DNA of 64,000 nt from a virus (lineage: Duplodnaviria; Caudoviricetes). The notes below the pieces were generated by a model, which was not told the DNA's origin, ran no database searches, and worked only from the letters and a program-made list of their open reading frames with translations. Made by a program: the position numbers and the translations under genes. Location: positions 8,928 through 72,927 of IMG/VR virus record IMGVR_UViG_3300032330_002145; one strand, written 5' to 3'. Positions 56,829 to 64,000 of the stretch are shown piece by piece; within the stretch, counting starts at the first letter, position 1; every line of letters starts with the position of its first letter.

Positions 56829-59648
56829 ATGGCGGGTCAGAATATAAATCAATATGTACGTCCAAATTATAATCTAAAGTTTGCATTGGAAACTAATGAT
56901 ATTTCATTAACATCTGATGAATTGGATTTTAATCAAGAGGTTGTTTTTTCCCCTTACATTATTGCATTGACAATAGGTGAGAAATTACCATTCAATTTTG
57001 ATGTTAATAATCCTAATTCCGCAGAACAGTTTGATTTATTTTACAAACAATATAATCCGTCAAGTATTTTAATTTCTGAAAATTATTACACACCTTCAGG
57101 TTTTGACATTAATTGTCAATTATCAGGAGAATCTTGTGACATTGGATTAACTGCTATTGATAATGGTTTAGTTGATGTGATGACAGGTGAAACATTATAT
57201 TATACCAATGGTTTATTTCCAAGTAGTGTTAAATTTGATAGGATGTACCGTGATAGAAGAATGAAATTACACCAAGTTACGGGATACACGTCTTCACCTA
57301 ATCTTAAATTTTCAGGGTTCAGTAAAGATATTTTATATGAAGTAGTTACTAAAATTAATCCTATTTTTGGTAGATACCGTGAATTATATGGTGGATTTTA
57401 TCAAGGATTTTATAAATTATTTGGATATGATTATGAAACTTTTCCTGAAAGAGTTGATAAAGGATGGACAGTTGAATTATTATTAAAACCTCGTTTATTT
57501 GACGAATATTTTCCTGGACCAAATGAAACCACGTTAAATGAAATTTATCCTAATAATAAAAATATATTCTTTTATTTAGGAACAAGAGCTGAAAATAAAT
57601 TCTACCATCATGCAAGTGGTACTACTAATTGTTATACAGGATATACAAGAGTTACTTCAGGTTTAACTTGTATTCAAACTTGTGCTTGTTGTAATAGAAC
57701 AGTTACAAACAGTAGATGTCTTTTTGTTTATCCTCCATATTCTTCAAATAATATTCATGACCCACATGTTAATTATGGTTGTGATAAATGTGGTGGTAAT
57801 ACTGAAAAACAAATAAGTTGTGGATGTGGTTGTAATGATTTAAAATGTGAAACTTGTGGATGGGAATGTCAAACTCACTATTGTGAAAGTGTAATTGAAC
57901 TAACTCCAACACCTACGCCTACACCGACTGCATTACCAAGTGGTTGTATAGTACCACCTGTATGTACTCAAACTTGTACCAAATGTGATGAATGTTTGGA
58001 TTGTAATTGTGCTTCAACAGGTTTTACATCTATTGAAAACACTTGTGAGTCAGACCCATTAATGGATGCATTATCAAATGCTATTGCTTTCAAACTATGT
58101 GGAGAACCTAATAATCCACAAATTGGTATTAGAGTTTTAAGATTTACAGGTGACTGTACCACAACTGGTGAGTGTTCAACAACTGGTATAACATTTCAAA
58201 CAGGATATACTATAACCGAATATTGTTCACCACCAATATATCCTTATTGTTTAGAAAACTATCCTCCATATCTATTACAAGAACATTGGTTCCAAGTTGA
58301 TATTGTTTGGGAGAGATATATGTATTTTGAAAAATGTGATTTATGGAGAAACGGAGGGTTAGGATTAATTTCAAAAGAATATTATTTAGAATCGTTAGCG
58401 GGTAATACTGTTGCGTTAATTGAACCACCATACACAAGACCAATACCTAAAAAAGCTGAAAAAGTTGATATTACCAAACTTAATAAGTTATGGTTAGATG
58501 AGTTGAACTTTAGAATGGGTAAACTTATGATTTTTGTTAATGGTGTGAAAATATATACTATTGAGAATTTTGAAGAGGTGATACCAAGAGGTTTAAATAC
58601 TGATAAAGAAAAACAAGTTGGCGTTCCATTTAACATTTCTTGGGGTGGTGGTACACAAGGATTAAGAGATAATTTAACATTTACATCTTGTTCTGGTTTA
58701 ACAGGACCATACCAACAAGACCCTGAATGTTTACCAAATAATGATTTAAGTGGTACTACATTAAGTGGGTTATCAACTAACATTATAATTGAACAAAATT
58801 TTGCAGGAACTTTTGAAGGGGGGATTTCTCAATTCAGAATGTATACCACACCATTGTCAGCACCTGAAGTTAAACATAACTTTAAGTTGTTACAACCGAT
58901 ATATCAGATGTTTAATCCTGATTGTCCAAATTGTCAAATTGAGGATTGTGTAGTTGTAGGTTACGATTACTATTTGGTAAATGGTAATACGGAACCGTTT
59001 GGATTAGGTAGACAACATATTCATGATGAAAGAGATAAAAAATATTTAATTGAAAATAAATTACAATTACCTAAAACCGCTGTTACATCTAAATTTTGGA
59101 GTGATGACGGATGGTGGGGTGACCAAGGCAATACACCAATGTGTGTTGGTTACGCTTGGGCTCATTGGATAGATGACGGTCCTATTACTCATAATTTACC
59201 ACATCCAAATATACCACCACAAACAATATATAGAGAGGCTCAAAAAGTTGACGATTGGCCTGGTGAAAATTATGATGGGACTTCTGTTAGAGGAGCGGCA
59301 AAATATTTAAAAACTACCAACAAAATAAGTTCATATCTATGGACATATGATGTTAACGTATTAATTAACACAGTCCTTACTCAAGGACCTGTAGTTGTTG
59401 GTACAAATTGGTACTACAATATGTTTTTCCCAAATAAATTAGGCGTTATCAGTGCAACTGGAAAATTATCTGGTGGACATGCATATGTTATAAATGGTGT
59501 TGATACAGTTAAAAAACAATTTAGAATAAAAAATAGTTGGGGAAGAAGTTGGGGTCAATTAGGACATGCTTACATTAGTTTTGATGACATGAAAAAGTTG
59601 ATATCTCAAAATGGTGAGGTTTGTTTAGCAATAGAAAATAATTTTTAA
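56829..59648 (+). CDS. Cys-rich virion structural protein (LamG-like C-part) fused to a C-terminal papain-like (C1A) cysteine peptidase
   Basis: Start likely ATG 56829 (MAGQN); ISQFRMY..PLS; peptidase motifs DQG..MCVG, GGHAY, KNSWG..WG..G. Confidence 0.75.
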   Translation: MAGQNINQYVRPNYNLKFALETNDISLTSDELDFNQEVVFSPYIIALTIGEKLPFNFDVNNPNSAEQFDLFYKQYNPSSILISENYYTPSGFDINCQLSGESCDIGLTAIDNGLVDVMTGETLYYTNGLFPSSVKFDRMYRDRRMKLHQVTGYTSSPNLKFSGFSKDILYEVVTKINPIFGRYRELYGGFYQGFYKLFGYDYETFPERVDKGWTVELLLKPRLFDEYFPGPNETTLNEIYPNNKNIFFYLGTRAENKFYHHASGTTNCYTGYTRVTSGLTCIQTCACCNRTVTNSRCLFVYPPYSSNNIHDPHVNYGCDKCGGNTEKQISCGCGCNDLKCETCGWECQTHYCESVIELTPTPTPTPTALPSGCIVPPVCTQTCTKCDECLDCNCASTGFTSIENTCESDPLMDALSNAIAFKLCGEPNNPQIGIRVLRFTGDCTTTGECSTTGITFQTGYTITEYCSPPIYPYCLENYPPYLLQEHWFQVDIVWERYMYFEKCDLWRNGGLGLISKEYYLESLAGNTVALIEPPYTRPIPKKAEKVDITKLNKLWLDELNFRMGKLMIFVNGVKIYTIENFEEVIPRGLNTDKEKQVGVPFNISWGGGTQGLRDNLTFTSCSGLTGPYQQDPECLPNNDLSGTTLSGLSTNIIIEQNFAGTFEGGISQFRMYTTPLSAPEVKHNFKLLQPIYQMFNPDCPNCQIEDCVVVGYDYYLVNGNTEPFGLGRQHIHDERDKKYLIENKLQLPKTAVTSKFWSDDGWWGDQGNTPMCVGYAWAHWIDDGPITHNLPHPNIPPQTIYREAQKVDDWPGENYDGTSVRGAAKYLKTTNKISSYLWTYDVNVLINTVLTQGPVVVGTNWYYNMFFPNKLGVISATGKLSGGHAYVINGVDTVKKQFRIKNSWGRSWGQLGHAYISFDDMKKLISQNGEVCLAIENNF

Positions 59649-59650
59649 AA

Positions 59651-61435
59651 ATGGCAGAAGGAATAGTAATATTTAGTTTACCTTTAAGTGGTCAGGTTGC
59701 AAATATCTTGTTTAACCCTATGGGTACTGAATTAGTTTTTGATTTGGGTTACCATGTTATACCATATTATTTTGACCCGTCAACACTTAATCCACCTCAG
59801 GAAGTTTACGGAACGTATAGTATTTTAGTTGAGGGGGTGTGTTTAGATTTTATTAAAGTTTTACCCGAAACCCCTACTCCAACACCGACACCTACTTTAA
59901 CAAGAACTCCGACAACTACACCAACACCTACAGTTACTCCTACACCAACATTTGACCCGTGTAAAGTACCTTCTCAAACTCCAACACCAACTCTTACATC
60001 AACCCCAACGGTAACACCGACTATCACTCCGACAGTTACACCAACATGGGATTTGTGTAAAACACCATTACCAAGTTTAACTCCAACAAATACTCCAACA
60101 ATTTCTGTTACACCAAGTATTACGCCGACTATATCTGTTACTCCAAGTGTTACTCCGACAATTTCAGTAACACCAACTGTAACACCAACAAATACTCCAA
60201 CTGTAACTCCGACAAATACTGTAACACCAACCAATACCCCTACGAATACTCCTACAGTTACTCCGACAACTACAACGACCCCAACACCAACTAGTACCGA
60301 ATTCTTAACCCCAACACCTACACCAACTAACACTCCGACTAATACTCCAACTGTAACTCCAACAAATACTGTAACGCCAACTAATACTCCTACTAATACA
60401 CCTACAAATACCCCAACTGTAACTCCGACAAATACTGTTACTCCTACAATAACTCCAACAATTTCAGTAACACCGACAATAACTCCGACAATTACACCAA
60501 CTAAAACTGTAACACCTACAATTACACCAACAATTACACCGACTAAAACCACAACACCTACAATAACCCCAACCGCGACTGTAACACCTACAATAACCCC
60601 AACCGCAACTGTAACACCGACCCCAACTGAACCATTTAATCCTATAGTATATTCATACTATTTAACAGGTTTCCAACCTGTTTTATCACAAATTAAAAAA
60701 GTTCAATTATATTCTTTGAATCTTTTAACTAATACTGTCACAAATATAAATAACAATAGTGAAATTTTATGGACGACTACAGCGTCAACAATTCCAAATT
60801 ATATTCAAACAGTATTAAACCCAAATTCAACACCATATCTAAATCAATTAATTAAATATTATGGTTTACCTTTAGATATTTATACTAACTCCAAACCATT
60901 TTATGAAGTAATAAATGATAATGGTTATACATCTACAAGTAATCTTGGAAGTCCTCCACCAAGAGGGTATTGTGAACCATTTTGTACTACAATGTCATAC
61001 AGGTCTTTAATAATGGCATCAAGTGCTATTACAACAGGATGTGAAATACGTGAAGTTTTCTTAAATAATCCTTGGACAGTAATACCAAAATTCACACTTC
61101 CTATAGGACGTATTGTTTCAGGTGGACTTATGAAAACAACTAACAATAAATTGATAGTTATAACATCTAACGGTACTAACACTCAAAGATGGTTATCTCA
61201 ATATTCTTACCCTGATGGAGTATTAGAAGTTGAGGTAGATATAACAAGTTATTTAACCAATCCAAGAGGTATTTTTGTATTAAATGGGGGATTATATCTT
61301 TGTGAAAAATCAGGTGTGGTTTATAACATTAGTTTAAACTCACCATATAATATCACTTTTCATTTTAATACTGGTTGGAGTATTAATGGTATTGGTCAAC
61401 AACCAAGTGCATGGAATGTTAGTTTAATTCCATAA
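59651..61435 (+). CDS. Fibre-like protein with a roughly 250-aa Thr/Pro mucin-like stalk and beta-rich C-terminal domain
   Basis: TPT(V/I/N)TPT repeats. Confidence 0.7.
   Translation: MAEGIVIFSLPLSGQVANILFNPMGTELVFDLGYHVIPYYFDPSTLNPPQEVYGTYSILVEGVCLDFIKVLPETPTPTPTPTLTRTPTTTPTPTVTPTPTFDPCKVPSQTPTPTLTSTPTVTPTITPTVTPTWDLCKTPLPSLTPTNTPTISVTPSITPTISVTPSVTPTISVTPTVTPTNTPTVTPTNTVTPTNTPTNTPTVTPTTTTTPTPTSTEFLTPTPTPTNTPTNTPTVTPTNTVTPTNTPTNTPTNTPTVTPTNTVTPTITPTISVTPTITPTITPTKTVTPTITPTITPTKTTTPTITPTATVTPTITPTATVTPTPTEPFNPIVYSYYLTGFQPVLSQIKKVQLYSLNLLTNTVTNINNNSEILWTTTASTIPNYIQTVLNPNSTPYLNQLIKYYGLPLDIYTNSKPFYEVINDNGYTSTSNLGSPPPRGYCEPFCTTMSYRSLIMASSAITTGCEIREVFLNNPWTVIPKFTLPIGRIVSGGLMKTTNNKLIVITSNGTNTQRWLSQYSYPDGVLEVEVDITSYLTNPRGIFVLNGGLYLCEKSGVVYNISLNSPYNITFHFNTGWSINGIGQQPSAWNVSLIP
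59870..60627 (+). repeat. Thr/Pro coding repeat region
   Basis: Degenerate TPTxTPT units, including a near-exact acaataaccccaaccgcNactgtaacacc duplication. Confidence 0.9.
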
Positions 61436-61487
61436 ACTTATTTTGTATCTATTTATAATGTAAACAGAATAATTATTTTAGTTTTAC

Positions 61488-62696
61488 ATGCAAACGATTC
61501 AAATTTCAAGTGCTACAGGTACACCACCTTTTAATTTTAGTATCTGTGATTACACAAATACCTATTGTTACAGTGTTGCGACAGGTATTTCTGTTTTCCC
61601 AATAACTGTTGATATACCCGTACTTCTTGAAGGAGCGTCTACTATTTTAATAGTTATTACTGACTCAAACGCTTGTACTGAATTTATACCTTATTCTTGT
61701 CCTTCACAAACACCTACTAATACACCAACCCCAACACCTACACCATCATCGGTAATTACTAATTGTAGTTGTATTACGTTTGATAATGTAACTGGGAGTA
61801 CGACACATACATACTTTTATACCGATTGTGATGGTATTTCACAGTCTGGTGATATTGATGAGAAATTGATTTTATATTTTTGTGGTAAAGACCCAAGTAG
61901 TGATAGTTCCGAAGTTATTATTTCAATAAATTCATTATGTTTTGATGGTAAGTGTCCTGACCCGACACCAACCCCAACACCTACAATTACGGTAACACCG
62001 AGTGTCACTCCGACAATTACAGTTACCCCAAGTGTTACTCCGACAATTACGGTTACACCAACTGTTACACCAACGATAACTGTTACACCTACTATTACAC
62101 CAACGATTACTCCAACATCATCACCACTACCACCAACCAAAGCGTTCTTATTTATTGAACCTTATACTGGGTCAAGTAATATTGGTAGTTGGATGTATTC
62201 ATCATTGGGTTCAGGATTTTATGGATTTACAAACGGAACACAACCGACTCAATCACAGTCAACATTTAACATTGAACTTAATACATACGTTGATTTCTCA
62301 GGATGGACAACAGGTCTATTCCCTGCAATTATTAATCAAGATGTACCACAAATTACGGGAGGTGTTGACTCGTATGGTAATCCAATAATTGCATATAATT
62401 TTAAAACAACTATGGTACCTGCCAATACAGTTTCATCTGGAAAGGCATGGTTTACATGGATGATACCAACAGGACAAACTAATGGTTTGTATCAAAATAA
62501 AATTGATTATAGTACTTCGTCTCCGGCAATATTGACAACAGTTAGTACTGAATCAACAATATATTCTTATTATTTCACATATACAGGTAATACCATACCA
62601 AAAACAACATATAGGGTTTATACTACATACCCATCAACCAATTTTGAGTTATTAAACAGTACCGACATTTACTTTAGGGGAAATACTGTGTCCTGA
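61488..62696 (+). CDS. Structural protein with two Thr/Pro stalks and Cys-containing small domains
   Basis: CPSQTPTNTPTP, CPDPTPTPTP; TATTTAT at 61450-61456 upstream. Confidence 0.65.
   Translation: MQTIQISSATGTPPFNFSICDYTNTYCYSVATGISVFPITVDIPVLLEGASTILIVITDSNACTEFIPYSCPSQTPTNTPTPTPTPSSVITNCSCITFDNVTGSTTHTYFYTDCDGISQSGDIDEKLILYFCGKDPSSDSSEVIISINSLCFDGKCPDPTPTPTPTITVTPSVTPTITVTPSVTPTITVTPTVTPTITVTPTITPTITPTSSPLPPTKAFLFIEPYTGSSNIGSWMYSSLGSGFYGFTNGTQPTQSQSTFNIELNTYVDFSGWTTGLFPAIINQDVPQITGGVDSYGNPIIAYNFKTTMVPANTVSSGKAWFTWMIPTGQTNGLYQNKIDYSTSSPAILTTVSTESTIYSYYFTYTGNTIPKTTYRVYTTYPSTNFELLNSTDIYFRGNTVS
61962..62135 (+). repeat. Thr/Pro coding repeat (TITVTP units)
   Basis: Directly visible. Confidence 0.85.
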
Positions 62697-62710
62697 TAAT
62701 TATACTATAT

Positions 62711-64000
62711 ATGTCAACATTTCCGTATAAAAATCCAATTAGTTCTGAACAATTAAACGGTGTCCAATCAGTTCAACGAAGTGAAGTTTTTGGAACAAAT
62801 TTCTCGGTATTATCTGTTGGTGGATACATGGAGGTGTTCAATCTATCCGATTTAAATTACACTATAAATGGATTAGGACCTATTGAATATAGTGGAAACT
62901 CTATACCCATTGATTTTTTAAAAGGAACGGGAGCTCCATGGTCTCCTGATGTATTAACTCTTAATTCAGATAATATATCATCAGGTAGAAGACGACTTGG
63001 TATGTTGGTATATGTTTATGAGGTTGACCAAGTATATCAGTATAGGATTGATAATTATGAATCTTTATGGACCGCAGCAACTGCCAGTCCAGGAACGGTT
63101 GTAATATCTGATTTTGGAACAACCGTATATAATTCAAGTATTGCGGGACAAAATTTTATAAACGCTTGGACAGCTTCTACAATAGAAGATGTTAGTGGTT
63201 ATACTCACTCAACGGCTGTTTGGAAGAAGTATACTATAACAGGGTCAACAGGAACTTCAGGGGCGTATTTACCATTAAGTGGTGGAACAATGACAGGCGG
63301 TTTGGTTGCAAATAGTGGAGTTACTGCTAGTACCATATCACAGACAACATATATTGACTTTACAACAGGAACAACAAATCCATCACAATCAGGTGGAAGA
63401 GTTTTCTTTGATAGTACCTCAAAAGCATTATCTTATTACGATATTGCAAACAATTTGGTCCCAATTGCAATGGGACAACAACTTTATACAAGAGTATATA
63501 ATGGTACAGGAGTCCAAATTGATAAGGGTAAAGTAATTGCAATTACCGGTACAACAAATGGTTTACCAAGTGCGATATTAGCTCGTAATATCCACACAGT
63601 TACTTCAGCAAGACCTATTGGGCTTTCCGCTGAGAATATACCAAACGGAAGTGAAGGTCTTGTTTTAAATAATGGTATTTTAAGTGGAATAACACTTAAC
63701 ACATTTGCAAATGGTGACACCTTATATCTTTCAGATACAGTTCCTGGTGGATATGTTTCATCAACTTCATCATTAGCATTTACTGCAAGAACAAATGAAA
63801 TTGGATATGTTCTTCAAACAGGTACAACAACAGGTAAGATTTATGTTAATATCAATAATGAAGATAGTAATTTAACTTTAACGGATAAAGAAAGAAATAT
63901 TCTTGAGGGTAATGTTATTAATGGTGGTGTATATGAATACACTGGGATGACTCAGGGTACGGGTCAAACAATAAATGTTGCAATGGTCAGAGGATGGGTA
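62711..64000 (+). CDS. Tail-fibre-like protein, partial (runs off the window)
   Basis: Open frame translated by hand from ATG 62711; RRRLGMLVYV, YLPLSGGTMTG fibre motif, GDTLYLS..G...IG.V cement-like motif. Confidence 0.75.
   Translation, partial: MSTFPYKNPISSEQLNGVQSVQRSEVFGTNFSVLSVGGYMEVFNLSDLNYTINGLGPIEYSGNSIPIDFLKGTGAPWSPDVLTLNSDNISSGRRRLGMLVYVYEVDQVYQYRIDNYESLWTAATASPGTVVISDFGTTVYNSSIAGQNFINAWTASTIEDVSGYTHSTAVWKKYTITGSTGTSGAYLPLSGGTMTGGLVANSGVTASTISQTTYIDFTTGTTNPSQSGGRVFFDSTSKALSYYDIANNLVPIAMGQQLYTRVYNGTGVQIDKGKVIAITGTTNGLPSAILARNIHTVTSARPIGLSAENIPNGSEGLVLNNGILSGITLNTFANGDTLYLSDTVPGGYVSSTSSLAFTARTNEIGYVLQTGTTTGKIYVNINNEDSNLTLTDKERNILEGNVINGGVYEYTGMTQGTGQTINVAMVRGWV

Noticed and set aside
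59974-60552. Antisense ORFs rich in V/G (also 440-640, 61817-62140, 12272-12874 and other short overlapping ORFs)
   Set aside because: They are shadows of Thr/Pro, Pro/Ala or acidic repeats on the coding strand
1-64000. Genome-wide stop-codon reassignment
   Set aside because: Core genes are intact under code 11 and many end in TAA; only one internal stop was found
1-64000. tRNA genes, CRISPR arrays, rRNA, integrase/transposase, DGR
   Set aside because: Intergenic gaps are short and AT-rich; no cloverleaf, repeat-spacer array, reverse transcriptase or recombinase motifs were seen

Overview
This window is the virion-morphogenesis region of a large, AT-rich T4-like (gp17/gp20/gp21/gp22/gp23-type) phage. 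It most likely belongs to the bS21-encoding group that infects Bacteroidota: it has a Bacteroidota-type bS21, TAnnTTTG promoters and no Shine-Dalgarno use. The plus-strand block (1-21 kb) holds TerL, portal, prohead protease, scaffold and MCP, interrupted by bS21, an HNH endonuclease, a PD-(D/E)xK-like nuclease, methylglyoxal synthase and a tiny lipoprotein. The minus-strand block (21.6-56.8 kb) holds three Cys-rich fibre-like paralogs with a shared C-terminal module, a gp5-like spike and a gp55-like late sigma factor. It also holds an island of about 15 kb with roughly 11 glycosyltransferase-like genes, gmd, a sulfotransferase, two methyltransferases, PhoH, dUTPase and an exonuclease. Thr/Pro-rich fibre genes start at 56.8 kb. 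Best lead: a Vsr/EDxHD-type homing endonuclease overlaps the start of a glycosyltransferase gene that is broken by GGT-TAA-GGA (Gly-stop-Gly) inside a predicted hairpin. This looks like a miniature of the T4 mobA/gene-60 endonuclease plus ribosomal-bypass cassette. Second lead: a possible virion-glycosylation system, with mucin-like stalks and a recurrent (S/T)-G-x-T motif in structural proteins. All family assignments come from motif recognition by eye; no searches were run.
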